Origin: Isurus oxyrinchus
Taxonomy: Eukaryota
DNA length: 64,000 nucleotides
Assembly: GCA_026770705.1 (NCBI GenBank)
Contig: JANJGN010000021.1
Location: 99,138,001 to 99,202,000, forward strand
Reading direction: 5' to 3'
Below, one piece after another: positions 12,830 to 25,280 of the stretch. Position 1 is the first letter of the stretch, and each line of letters begins with the position of its first letter. The notes beneath the pieces were generated by a model that did no database searches, was not told the DNA's origin, and worked only from the letters and a program-made list of their open reading frames with translations. The position numbers and the translations under genes are program-made.

Positions 12830-14830
12830 TTGGGGTCAGGAAGCTGCCTCCGGTGGGAAGGTGATGAAAGTTCAGATTTCCACAGGGTTGCCCCTGTAAG
12901 TGATATGGAGACAGGTTCCCTGTCCACTTAGAGCCAGTGGGGGTGGGGATGGAGCTGGGACAGATGAAGTGTGGGACTGATTGACACTCCCCACGACAGA
13001 CATCACTGAAGCTGCTGCTTGTCCTCAAGGAGAAGCTGGTGCTTGTGCCAAAGCTCCCACAGCAGCAGAGGGAAGTGAGATGGCACAGGAGAGATGGAGG
13101 CCCTGGCACCTGGGACAGGGCTGCCCCTCACTTTATCGATGCCAACCTGGATGTAATGCTGGAGGCTGTGAGGGAGAGGAGGGAGGTGATCTTCCTGGAG
13201 GGTGGCAGGAGGAGGGCAGGGTGTCACACAGGGCACTGAGTGGGTCACTGGGGGGTGTTCTTACTGTCTCTCTCTCTCTACTGTTTTCCTCTCTTTACAC
13301 TGTGTAAATGATGACAGTTTCAGTCAGACGTTGGGGACTCTGGTTATTGCTGCAGAGACAGGAAAAGCGGGATGAGGTGGTGAAAGAGATAATGGGATCC
13401 TCCACAGTGAGGGGAACGCCTCTGGACAGATGTGCTCCCATCACTGATGGTCAGTGATGAGATATTCCAGGCTGCCTCTTCTATACCTGTATTAGCACAG
13501 GGATCTCAGAATCCCTTCCATGTCCTGTCCCTCACCCTGGGTTTGAGAGGGGGGTGGGGGGGGGGGGGATTCAGCTGAAACGTTCCTGAATCAGGAGGTT
13601 CCTGACATTCATGACATCCTCACGACCCCTTCACATCCCCAGCTGTACCCGGCCGCCTCACTGTGCAGCCAGGTCACCTCTCTGTTCAGTGTCATCTCCC
13701 TCCACCTCCACTTCCTCCTCCTCTCTCACCTCCTGTTCCTCCCCCCGATGAACTGTCTCAATCCAGGGCCTCACTATCCTCAGGGTCCACTCCTCTCTGG
13801 AGGGCCATGTTATGGAGAGAGCAGCAGACCACCACAGTGACCTGCAGGAGGGTACTGGAGGATCCACCCGACCCATTCACACACCAGAGTCACATCTTCA
13901 GAAACCCAATACCCTGATCAATGTTTCTCTGAGTGAGTCAGTGACATTGGGTGTATCACCTCTGTCCCTCTGGGACTCCAGTAGAGGGTGAGTAACAATC
14001 TCCTTCAGGGATTTCCCTTGTCCCCTCAGATCCATCCACACACTGTGGGGGTTGGAGTGAAGATGTGAGGCAGACTGGACTGGGGGAGGATGAAACACCA
14101 TTCCAGCTGCCAGGAGAGAGAGCGTGCACACATGGAGGGAGCTCTTGTTGTGGTCACAGACCAGGTGGATATTGAGCGGGTGGGTGTCGTTTCTGTTGAT
14201 GGATCTCACTGCAGGTCACTGGGCGTCTCGATGGCCACCTGGGTACAATGGATGGTGACCTGAACCAGGGAGAATCCGGTAATGGAGGTGAACACAATGC
14301 CCTCTGTGCCTGTGCTGCTGTGTCTGTTGTGAAATGCAAGTACTGTCCAGCTGTGGGAAAGAAGGCATCAGTGCCCAGCCAGATGCAGTGGTGGGCAGCT
14401 GTTTGTGAGATGTCAGTAAGGTCCTCAGCTGATCCAAGGAAGGAGCCAGGAGTGAAGAGGTTAAAGGGCACAGAGACATTGACAGTTACAGGAAGGACCT
14501 AGCGGCCATCGCTGTGAGGGTCCAGCTCTTTGGCAACAGGGTGCGGATGTCAGTGACCTTCTGCCTGAAGGGTCACTGTCTCCTGTGACCCTGGGTCTCA
14601 TTCATTTCCAGGTAGCTCCGTCTCTGCTGGTGAATCTTGTGTTGAAGGTATGATTTCCGTGTCCTTCCTGCCCCCTTTCCTCTCCTCTACCCTCTGGCTG
14701 TTCAGGGTTCTGCCTGTCCTGCAGACGGTGTTGTCCCTCTTCACACAATATTTGACAATCATGTCCCCATTGCCAGCTTCAGTCTTCCTCCTATATAGGT
14801 GGCTGTCCTATTGTGATTGACAGTCAAGCT
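12830..14830. mobile_element. Harbinger-derived remnants in the A/B spacer
   Basis: ORF 13039..13239 AAPHFIDANLDVMLEAVRERREVIF is Myb/SANT-like; 13900-14170 resembles a decayed transposase segment on the - strand. Confidence 0.5.
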
Positions 14831-14832
14831 AC

Positions 14833-15021
14833 AGTCAAACTAACAGGAAGAAAATGAGGGGAGGGAGTCAAACTAACAGGAGGAGAGTGAGGGGAGGGAG
14901 TCAAACTAACAGGAGGAGAGTGAGGGGAGGGAGTCAAACTAACAGGAGGAGAGTGAGAGGAGGGAGTCAAACTAACAGGAGGAGAGTGAGGGGAGGGGGT
15001 CAAACTAACAGGAGGAGAGTG
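14833..15021. repeat. 33-bp minisatellite, ~5.7 copies
   Basis: Unit AGTCAAACTAACAGGAGGAGAGTGAGGGGAGGG. Confidence 0.95.
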
Positions 15022-15684
15022 CAGTGAACAGGCTGAATCCCCCACACTGGCCTCTCTGCACATGACCCAAGTCCTGTTCCTCAATTACCCCTGTGCTCTT
15101 TGACCTACATTGGTTCCCAGTCAAGCAACACCTCAATTTTAAAATTCCAATCTGTCCACAGCCTTGTCCCTCCCTATTTCTGTAATCTCCTCCAGCCCCA
15201 CATCCCTGTGAGATATCTGTCCTCCTCTAATGCTGACTCTGTGAGCATCAGGAATTATAACCACCCACAATGGGGGCTGTGCCTTCAGCAGCCTCGGCCC
15301 ATAGATCTGGAATTCTCTCCCTCCACCTCTCAGCCTTTCTGTAAAACATTCTTAAAAACTTCTTCCCTGAGAAAGCTTGTGGGCATTGACCTGTGTGACT
15401 CAGGGTCATCCTTTGTTTTATAATGTTCCCCTGAAGCATCTTGGGGACGTTTCATTCGGTGAAAGGTGCTATAAATATAAGTTGTTGTTGTTTTCTTACT
15501 GCCAAAAATCTTAACCTGTCTCAGTTTGATCTTCCTAGTAACTGGTGACAAGTAACTGTTTATCCATTTCATTGGTATTTTTCTGAGACTAACCAATCAT
15601 TCACCCTCTGGTTCTATAATCAGGAAATTATCAAGTCTTGAGATAAACAGTTTGTGTTGTTTTTCCCAGTCTGTAAACAGGATT

Positions 15685-15725
15685 AGTTTCCCCCTCAGAG
15701 TGTTTCATTCCCAGTCTCTGATTGG
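15685..15725 (+). promoter_or_regulatory. Gene B proximal promoter motifs (ISRE-like, CCAAT/Y-box)
   Basis: AGTTTCCCC at 15685, GTTTCATTCC 15702-15711, CTGATTGG 15718-15725; second CCAAT near 15593; these motif classes are known in class I promoters. Confidence 0.5.
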
Positions 15726-15748
15726 AACAGGGAAAGTGGATTTCCGGA

Positions 15749-15800
15749 ATGTTGCTGATCCTTTTCTCCATCTCCCTGTGTTTTTCCTGGGTCTCTCCCG
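15749..15800 (+). CDS. Non-classical MHC class I gene B, exon 1 (leader)
   Basis: MLLILFSISLCFSWVSP, donor G|gtaagt. Confidence 0.9.
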
Positions 15801-16038
15801 GTAAGTACAGAATTCAGCCCTCCATTCTCACTCTCACTCTCTCTCCCTCTCTCTGGGGTTAATTGGAATCTTTTGGTGAGAGTTTGAAATGGGTGATGTT
15901 TGATTAGTCGCCTGTTATACAGGCAGCCTGATATTTTACATCATTGAAGTCAGCACCTGACAGCAGGATGTAGAAATACCGAGAGCAGAGAAGCTTGGAG
16001 CAAATGGAAGATGGCTCAAATGGATAATTTTAATTTTC

Positions 16039-16139
16039 GTAAAAGCAAAAAACTGCGGATGCTGGAAATCCAAAACAAAAATAAAAATACCTGGAAAAAC
16101 TCAGCAGGTCTGGCAGCATCTGCGGAGAAGAACACAGTT
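16039..16139 (-). mobile_element. 100-bp Penelope-like terminal fragment with 14-bp TSD
   Basis: Matches PLE tails; flanked by TAATTTTAATTTTC at 16025-16038 and 16139-16152; absent from the paralogous gene A intron. Confidence 0.8.
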
Positions 16140-16644
16140 AATTTTAATTTTCACATCGATTGGGAGAAGCTAAACAATTTCATCACTCCTGGTCTAAATC
16201 TTCAAAACACTACGGGGAAAAGGATATTCCATGTTTAACCCACCCCAGGATCAGCCGTGATGCCCTCATGGTTGAATAAACCAGGTTATCTCAAACCACC
16301 AACATCCTCCTGACCCTGTATAAAGGGGTGATTAAAAAGCTCTGTGAGGGACAGTGGAGATCCTGCTCTGGATTGTCCATCACCCTGTTTGACAGTCAGA
16401 CTGTTCATACAGTGACTGACCCCCACTATGGTATCACATTTCAACCTTCCAAATATTCCTGTTTCTCGTCATTTCAATCAGGAATTCACTCACATCACGT
16501 TTCCTGGTTATGATGATAAACAACAGACCTGCCCTCAGGTTATCCTGAATTCCTCACTCCAGATGTTCTCTGGTCAGGAGGGTCTCCTCAATATCTCTGT
16601 ATATAAATATTCGCAAACTCTCCCATTAATGTTTTTTTTTATAG

Positions 16645-16905
16645 AGACTAACTCACTGACTGTGATTATCACAGCAACCTCTGGAATCACAGATTTTCCT
16701 GAATTTACGAAAGTGGCGATGGTTAATGGAGTTCAGGTTAATTATCATGACAGTCATATTCAACGGAGCGTCCCCAGGCAGCAGTTCATGGCAGACTCTT
16801 TCGGTGTGGAATTCTGGGAATATCTCACAGACCTTGTGAAATCATTTTCCGACGGGGCAATGGAGAATCTGAATACGATATTGAAGAGCACAAATCAGAC
16901 ATCCG
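16645..16905 (+). CDS. Gene B exon 2 (MHC class I alpha1)
   Basis: ttttatag acceptor, G|gtaag donor; ETNSLTVIITATSGITDFPEFTKVAMVNGVQVNYHDS...PRQQFMA...EFWE...NQTS with the conserved N86 glycan sequon. Confidence 0.93.
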
Positions 16906-17113
16906 GTAAGATCAGAGATGTAGAATCACTCATTTACTGTCCTGTTTAATGGGTGTCAGAAAGGTTCCCCTCATAGTTACACTGCAGACTGTGATTTTGG
17001 ACTATATTATGTGTGTGACACCATGAATCTGGGGCCCATGGAGGGTTATTCAGTTCCCTCTCCCTGTTCTGATTGAGATATTTACAAAATTGTGTTCACA
17101 TTGATGAAGATAA

Positions 17114-18302
17114 GCCCTCAACCGTGTCCGGCCCATCTCCCGTGCATCCGCCCTCACGCCTCCTCCTCCCTCCCAGAAACATGATAGGGTCCCCCTTGTC
17201 CTCACTTATCACCCCACCAGCCTCCGCATTCAAAGGATCATCCTCCGCCATTTCCGCCAACTCCAGCATGATGCCACCACCAAACACATCTTCCCTTCAC
17301 CCCCCTTATTGGCATTCCGTAGGGATCGCTCCCTCCGGGACACCCTGGTCCACTCCTCCATCACCCCCTACTCCTCAACCCCCTCCTATGGCACCACCCC
17401 ATGCCCACACAAAAGATGTAACACCTGCCCCTTCACTTCCTCTCTCCTCACCGTCCAAGGGCCCAAACATTCCTTTCAAGTGAAGCAGCATTTCACTTGC
17501 ATTTCCCCCAACTTAGTCTACTGCATTCGTTGCTCCCAATGTGGTCTCCTCTACATTGGAGAGACCAAACATAAACTGGGCGACCGCTTTGCAGAACACC
17601 TGCGGTCTGTCCGCAAGAATGATCCAAACCTCCCTGTCGCTTGCCATTTTAACACTCCACCCTGCTCTCTTGCCCACATGTCTGTCCTTGGCTTGCTGCA
17701 TTGTTCCAGTGAAGCCCAACGCAAACTGGAGGAACAACACCTCATCTTCCGACTAGGCACCTTACAGCCTTTCGGTCTGAATATTGAGTTCAACAACTTT
17801 AGGTCGTGAGCTCCCTCCCCCATCCCCACCCCCTTTCTGTTTCCCCCTTTTCCCCCCCTTTTTTTCCCTATAAATTATATAGATTTTTCTTTTCCCACCT
17901 ATTTCCATTATTTTTAAATATTTTAAAATCTTTTATGCTCCCCCCACCCCCACTAGAGCTGTACCTTGAGTGCCCTACCATCCATTCTTAATTAGCACAT
18001 TCATTTAGATAATATCACCAACTTTTAACTTTAACACCTATGTGTTCTTTTGTACCATTGTCGCTGACATCTTTTGATGATCTGCTTCTATCACTGCTTG
18101 TCTGTCTACACAACCACCTCTCTCTCTCCCTATCTCTCCGCCCCACACACACACCTTAAACCAGCTTATATTTCAACTCTTTCTTGGACTCGAAATCAAG
18201 TTCTGTCGAAGGGTCATGAGGACTCGAAACGTCAACTCTTTTCTTCTCCGCCGATGCTGCCAGACCTGCTGAGTTTTTCCAGGTAATTCTGTTTTTGTTT
18301 TT
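17114..18302 (+). mobile_element. Penelope-like element, 5'-truncated (GIY-YIG endonuclease and pLTR)
   Basis: ORF 17309..17809 CNTC...NLVYCIRCSQCGLLYIGETK...RFAEH...EQHLIFRLGTLQPFGLN. Confidence 0.9.
18199..18237 (+). ncRNA. Minimal type I hammerhead ribozyme (variant core)
   Basis: AGTT-CTGTCGA-A-GGGTC atgag GACTC-GAAAC-GTC-AACT: stem I, core, stem II, palindromic ACGT stem III, GUC site. Confidence 0.75.
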
Positions 18303-18997
18303 AACACTACTGAGTATGTGTGTGTAGGGAGGAGGTCTCGATGTTCCTGCTCACACACTGACAGATTAACTGTTTGTACTTACACAGTAACTGCAGAAAG
18401 TGGAAATGTGCTTTTGCACTAACCTTATGTATGTTCCCCGTGACTGATCATTTAAAGATACTGGATTTGGCAACATTTTACAAACTATACCTTGTCTGGC
18501 ATGGCACTAGCCTGTGGAATCTGAAGGACACAGAATACAAACCCGTGATGGGTTCTCAGTTCATGGTGCACTCGGTATCAATATCACGAGCTCTGCATGT
18601 AGTTGATTGTATTAGTCTTGTTAGGATCGCCGGAGAGACTGTTTATTTTATAGAGAAATTCAAACATCCAGTTATTACCTGAAAGAAATTTTGTCACGAG
18701 GCTTCACGTTTTTAAATAACAAGCTTCACCGTATCGAAAAAAAATTAAACCAAGCAAGAACTGCTAACTTAACACAACAGTTTGTAAAGACTTAGAGTAT
18801 AAATTTAATTCCCCTTTTACTTCCTAGTTCCACCCAAGCATTCCCTTGTACATTGCAAGATCTTAAGGGTTCATTCACTTCTTCCTTTTGGAACAAAACC
18901 AAGTGTGCCACAGATATCTAGAATTCACTTTGATTTCTGCTCAGTGTTCCAGCTGTTCTCTGAAGTACAGATTTCATGAGGATCCTTCTTTTAACAT

Positions 18998-19482
18998 TGA
19001 ATATTGAATTCAACAACTTTAGGTCTTGAGCTCCCTTCTCCATCCCCACCCCCTTTCTGTTTCTTCTCCCTTCCTTTTTTTCCTCTGTTTTTCTCTTTTT
19101 TTTCTTTTCCAATAATTTATATAGATTTTTCTTTTCCCACCTATTTCCATTATTTTTAAATCTTTTATGCTCCCCCACCCCCACTAGAGCTATACCTTGA
19201 GTGCCCTACCATCCATTCTTAATGAGCACATTCGTTTAGATAATATCACCAACTTCAACATCTGTGTTCTTTTGTCTGTGACATCTTTTGATGATCTGCT
19301 CCTATCCTAAACCCCCCTCCACTTATCCCCGCCCCCCCACCTTAAACCAGCTTATATTTCCCTGTCCTTGTAAAGAAAGATCAGTTCTGATGAAGGGTCA
19401 TGAGGACTCGAAATGTCAACTCTTTTCTTCTCCACCGATGCTGCCAGACCAGCTGAGTTTTTCCAGGTAATTCCGTTTTTGT
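18998..19482 (+). mobile_element. Penelope-like 3' end/pLTR fragment
   Basis: Close copy of 17780-18300. Confidence 0.85.
19383..19421 (+). ncRNA. Minimal hammerhead ribozyme (canonical CUGAUGA core)
   Basis: AGTT-CTGATGA-A-GGGTC atgag GACTC-GAAAT-GTC-AACT. Confidence 0.75.
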
Positions 19483-20009
19483 TCCTTCTTTTAACTGTTG
19501 GCTAAGCAGCCCTCCAACTTTTCTTCAAAACCTCACAACTGTGGACCGCTCAGCTCAAGCTCAGGCTTCACAGCATTCCCAGTTGGTGATTTAAAATTCA
19601 GGAGCACTCCTGATTCTTAATGGCTTCTATGCACCTTGGCTTTGCACAGCCGCCAATTTCTTTCCCTCAGTCTGCTCCCACAGCTCCTGTCCACCTCTTG
19701 GCAGATATATCTCAACACCTCTCCTATTCATCAGCTCTTTAACACACATGGCAGGCTTGTCCAGCATACGGATGGCAGGCTGGGTTGCGGACCTGAAACC
19801 ATTGTATTTGGGCCCCGGAGCCATTGTTCAAAATGCCAGAAGGCAAGTGAAGTGAAGTTGAAGATTCTGCAAGGCTCTGCTCCTCCAACCACAGGCCGTT
19901 ACTCTCGTGTGTTCGTGGGAGAGAAACAATCTCTGATTGGATGAGCAGTGATCACCGGCAGCAGTAATTGTGCTGGGGAGAAAGAGGATTTCGTGGAGTG
20001 AAGAAGAGA

Positions 20010-20470
20010 GAGGTGCGGAGAGAGAAGGTGCCGCGGGAGGTGGGGAGAGAAGATGCCGCAGGGCGCGAAGAGATAAGGTGGTGTGGGGAGAGATGGTGCT
20101 GTGAGGAGAGATGGTGCCGTGAGGTGTGGGGAGAGAAGGTGCCGCGGGGAGAGAAGGTGCCGCGGGGAGAGTTGGTGCCGTGAGGTGTGGGGAGAGAAGG
20201 TGCCGCGGGGAGAGTAGGTGCCGTGAGGTGTGGGGAGCGAAGGTGCCGCGGTGGGGGTGGGGGGGGGGTGGGGGTGGGGGGGTGGGGGGGGGGGGGGGGG
20301 CGGCGGTGTAGAGAAGGTGCTGCCAGGCGCAGGGAGAGAAAGTGCCGCAAGGTGTGGGGAGAGAAGGATTCCCGGGGCGCGGGGAGAGAAGGTGCCACCA
20401 GGCGCGGGGAGAGAAGGTGCTGCGGGGAGAGAAGGTGCCACCAGGCGTGGGGAGAGAAGGTGCCGCAGGT
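20010..20470. repeat. G-rich minisatellite with poly-G tract
   Basis: Repeated GGGGAGAGAAGGTGCCGC units; G runs at 20250-20300. Confidence 0.9.
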
Positions 20471-21684
20471 ATCGGGCAGAGAGAGAGAGGCTGCTGGGCT
20501 GCGGAGCCTACTTTTGGCAGCCTGAACTCAAGTTCCAATTAACAGTATCCAATCTCAAAATTTTCCCTCTTTCCGGGAAGAAAATTCTCGAATCTTTAAA
20601 CTTTGTAACAAGTTTCTAACCCAAGACCGATCCAATTTAGGATTCACCATGATCACTTCAAATAGCCGAAATTCCAATCTACCCTGTTGAACATTAAAAC
20701 TACCTCGTTCTCACATGTGTAAAGTTGTATCCGGATTAAAATTCCCTCATGTATATCGAAATACCCTGGAATCGGGATTCTGGACAATAATTGTGGCTCC
20801 AAGTTCATACCTTGAAGATTTTACATCATTCATTCTGTCCTAAGATAGATCACAATCCCCGTTGTGAAATTTACTTTAACTCAAAAAAACTTATCCCAAT
20901 AAAAATCAGTTTCAGGAGAAATTTTAAAACATAATCATCCACACAAAATCTTTATCACACACACGTTGGGTGGAATTTTCCAGCCCCTCCCTCCACCCCC
21001 ACCACCCCCGAGGCAAGTTCCCCCACAGCGGGGTCCGGCGAGCCATTGAAATCCCCATTCACATCGGCGGGTCGGAAGATCCCACCGGCATGAGGGGACG
21101 GGAGAATTCCGGCCATTCTCTCCCTTGTGGAATCTTCCAACTCCATCTCCACCATATTCCTTTAACTTTATCCTCTCAAGCCATTGAATGTAGCACATAT
21201 TTTACAAAGGAACAAGAGAAATTAGCTTCAGCCCTGTGTTCGCAAAATTTTCTTTCTTCAAGGTACCTTTTGAAACACCTGGAAGTAGGAACTCAAGAAA
21301 AAGGTGAAATTTCACACTACAATATCCGAGCTTCAGATGAATCTTAAACCTAACAGTGTGGGAGAGGACCCCTATATCTCTTTCTCTCTCAGAACAAAGA
21401 ACACAGTCCAATACACATGTTATCATAACCTTTCTCAATTACACCGATTGAAAATATACAGCTTTTAAAACACATTAAACAACCAACTGATTTAAACCCA
21501 CAAACAGTAACAGACCACAAGGGGTTAAACTATGTTTAAATGACACAGACACTGCCTGGCAAATGCACAGAGAAACCAGAGATAAAAGACCCAGTCTCTC
21601 TCTCTCTCTCATTCAGCACAAGGCAACGGCACAGTTGGATTTAAAACACACAAACAGAAACTGAACCCATTCAAATACACACAA

Positions 21685-22377
21685 GGGGCTGAATTTCCCG
21701 CCCTGTTGGGGGGAAGTTGATGAGCGGACGCGTAATGATGCACTTCCGATCGATGCCCCCCATCAAAGGCGTAGCGCTATTTTACGTGGGTGGGCCAATT
21801 AAGGCCCGCCCAGCGTGATGTCTGCACAGAAGCGCTATATGGCGGGGGGATTCCTAAAATCGAGAGCGTGCACTTTCGCGCATGTGCACAAAAAAGCACA
21901 TTCATCTCCCTGAGGCTAAGTGCAGCCTCAGGGAGATTGGCTGTACATGTAAAAAAGATAAAAATAGAACAATAAAATTTCCCTTACATGTCCCTCATGT
22001 GACAATGTCACATGAGTTAGGACATGCCCATAATTTTTACACAATATTAAAAAAAATTAAAGCCTACATGAAACCTCATCCTGCCGGTGGATGAGATTTC
22101 ATGTTTTCTCTATTTGCCACCAGTGCTCCTGGACTGCCCACTAACCTTAAGGTTGGACGGGCAGGTCCTTTAATTATTTAAATGATCCTGTCAACGACCT
22201 CAATTGGCCATTGACAGGTCAGCGGGCCTGCAGCTGATTTTGCTGCGCCCCCCGCATTCCTGAAAATTTAAATTGGCTGTGGTGATGTCAGGAGTTCCCC
22301 CCTGATGTCACCGCATGTCATTTTACACGTTGGCGAGTGGGCCCTGCCCCCGTTCACCGACTCGTAAAATTCAGCCT
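21685..22377. mobile_element. Harbinger-type MITE
   Basis: TIR GGCTGAATTT / AAATTCAGCC; same family as 34736-35337. Confidence 0.75.
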
Positions 22378-22891
22378 TAGATTTCTTTTACCATTCACAC
22401 AGTGTTTTAATTACACTATGAGTCTATCAACTTAATTTCTTACTTTCCACTAAACATTTTCCATGACCCCAGAGTTTCACTTATATCTGAACCTTGTGCA
22501 AACAGCTGACAGAGGAGCACACTTCTACTCCTCTCAGCAGGGACCAGTACCAACCCATTTTCCCTTTGAGTTCCCAATTCCCTTGGCATGCTCTGCCTCT
22601 GACATTCTCTGGCTCCCGTAAAACCTTCCAACATCTCTCAGCTCAGTAAGCTGTTCTAACCAAATGCTCTGTTACCTTTTCAGCTCTTAGCTTTTTCTCT
22701 TCCATCCATTCTTGGATGAACAAGGCTTCTTCGAAAAGGACTCTGTCCCCCTCTTCCAGGCGCTCAGTGAGCAGTGTCTGGATCTGTTTATTAGAAAAAA
22801 GCAAAAAATTGCAGATGCTGCAAATTCAAAACAAAAGCAAAAATACCTGGAAAAACTCAGCAGGTCTGGCAGCATCTGTGGAAGGGAGTAC

Positions 22892-22930
22892 GGTTAATGT
22901 TTCGAGTCTGTATGACTCTTCAACAGAACT
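22892..22930 (-). ncRNA. Minimal hammerhead ribozyme motif (decayed)
   Basis: Reverse complement AGTT-CTGTTGA-A-GAGTC ataca GACTC-GAAAC-ATT-AACC. Confidence 0.55.
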
Positions 22931-25241
22931 AAGGAAAAATAGAAAAGGGGTGAAATATAAGCTGGTTTAAGGGGGGGTGGGACAAGAAGAATTGGATAGA
23001 GAGCCAGTGATAGGTGGAGATAACCAAAAGATGTCACAGACAAAAGGACAAAGAGGTGTTGAAGGTGGTGATATTATCTAAGGAATGTGCTAATTAAGGG
23101 TAGAAAGCAGGACGAGCAAGGTACAGATAGCCCTAGTGGGGGTGGGGTGGGGTGGGGTGAAGGGATCAAAAAAGACTAAAAGGTAGAGATAAAACAATGG
23201 ATGGAAATACATTTAAAAATAACGGAAATAGGTGGGAAAAGAAAAATCTATATAAATTATTGGAAAAAACAACAGGAGGGGGAAAATTGGAAAGGGGGTG
23301 CGGTTGGAGGAGGGAGTTCATGATCTAAAATTGTTGAACTCAATATTCAGTCCAGAAGGCTGTAAAGTGCCTAATCAGAAGATGAGGGCTGTTCCTCCAG
23401 TTTGCGTTGAGCTTCACTGGAACAATGCAGAAAGCCAAGGACAGACATGTGGGCATGAGAGGAGGGTGGAGTGTTGAAATGGCAAGCGACAAGGAGGTCT
23501 GGGTAATGCTTGCGGACAGACCGAAGGTGTTCTGCAAAGCGGTTACCCAGTCTGCGTTTGGTCTCTCCAATGTAGAGCAAACCACATTGGGAGCAACGAA
23601 TGCAGTAGACTAAGTTGAGGGAAGTGCAAGTGAAATGCTGCTTCACTTGAAATGTGTGTCTGGGCCCTTGAACGTGAGGAGAGGGGAAGTAAAGAGGCAG
23701 GTGTTGTATCTTCTGCGGTCGCATGGGAAGGTGTCGTGGGAGGGAGTTGAGGTGTAGGGGTGATGGAGGAGTGGACCAGGGTGTCATAGAGGGAAGGATC
23801 CCTATGGAATGCCGGTCAGGGGGGAGGGGATGAAGGGAAGATGTGTTTGGTGAGGGGATCATGCTGGAGTTGGTGGATATTGGTCTGACACTTCCCTTCC
23901 CTTCCTTGATCTCTCTGTCTCAATTTCTGGTGACAGACTGTCCACCAATATTCATTACAAGCCCACCGACTCCCACAGCTACCTCGACTACAGCTCCTCA
24001 CACCCCGCTTCCTGTAAGGACTCCATTCCATTCTCTCAGTTCCTTCGCCTCCGTCGCATCTGTTCTGATGATGCCACTTTCAAAAACAATTCCTCTGATG
24101 TGTCTTCCTTCTTCCTTATCTGAGGTTTTCCACCCACGGTGGTTGACAACCCTCAACCGTGTCCGGCCCATCTCCCACGCATCTGCCCTCACACCTTCTT
24201 CTCCCTCCCAGAAACATGATAGGGTCCCCCTTGTTCTCACTTATCACCCCACCAGCCTCCGCATTCAAAGGATCATCCTCTGCCATTTCCACCAACTCCA
24301 GCATGATGCCACCACCAAACACATCTTCCCTTCACCCCACCACCCCCCCCCAGCGGCATTCCGTAGGGATCATTCCGTCCGTGACAGCCTGGTCCACTCC
24401 TCCATCACTCCCTACACCTCAATCCCCTCCCACGACACCATTTCATGCAACCGCAGAAGGTGCAACACCTGCCCCTTTACTTCCCCTCTCCTCACCGTCC
24501 AAAGGCCCAGACACTCCTTTCAAGTGAAGCAGTATTTCACTTGCACTTCCCTCAACTTAGTCTACTGCATTCGTTGCTCCCCATGTGGTTTCCTCTACGT
24601 TAGAGGCACCAAACGCAGACTGTGTGACCGCTTTGCAGAACACCTTCGGTCTGTCCGCAAGCATGACCCAGACCTCCCTGTCACTTGCCATGTCAACACT
24701 CCACCCTGCTCTCTTGCCCACATGTCCATCCTTGGCTTGCTGCATTGTTCCAGTGTAGTTCAACGCAAACTGGAGGAACAATACCTCATCTTCCAACTAG
24801 GCACTTTACAGCTTTCTGGACTGAATATTGTGTTCAACAATTTTAGATCATGAACTCTCTCCTCCATTCCCACCCCATTTCCGATTTTCCCCCTCCTTAT
24901 TGTTTTTTCCAATAATTTATATAGATTTTTCTTTTCCCACCTATTTCCATTATTTTTAAATGTATTTCCATCCATTGTTTTATCTCTACCTTTTAGCCTT
25001 TTTTGATTCCTTCACCCCACCCCACCCCCACTAGGGCCACCAGTACCTTGCTCATCCTGCTTTCTACCCTTAATTAGCACATTCCTTTAGATTATATCAC
25101 CACCTTCAACACCTCTTTGTCCTTTTGTCTGTGACATTTTATGGTTATCTCCACCTATCACTGGCCCTCTATCCAGCTCTTCTTGTCCCAGCACCCTCCC
25201 CTTAAACCAGCTTATATTTCACTCCTCTTCTATTTTTCCTT

Positions 25242-25280
25242 AGTTCTGTTGAAGAGTCATGCGGACTCGAAACGTTAACT
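25242..25280 (+). ncRNA. Minimal hammerhead ribozyme motif
   Basis: AGTT-CTGTTGA-A-GAGTC atgcg GACTC-GAAAC-GTT-AACT. Confidence 0.7.

Larger units (their letters stand above)
11750..16600. repeat. Inverted duplication: arms ~11750-12778 and ~15520-16600 (promoter, leader, intron 1)
   Basis: Long, highly similar reverse-complement match between the arms, separated by a ~2.7 kb spacer. Confidence 0.9.

Noticed and set aside
14833-15021. Possible CRISPR-like array (also 44165-44505, 54275-54545)
   Set aside because: Head-to-tail repeats with no unique spacers, in eukaryotic DNA
19828-20619. Several long Pro/Gly-rich ORFs on both strands
   Set aside because: They arise from a stop-poor GC-rich minisatellite; no domain or splice support
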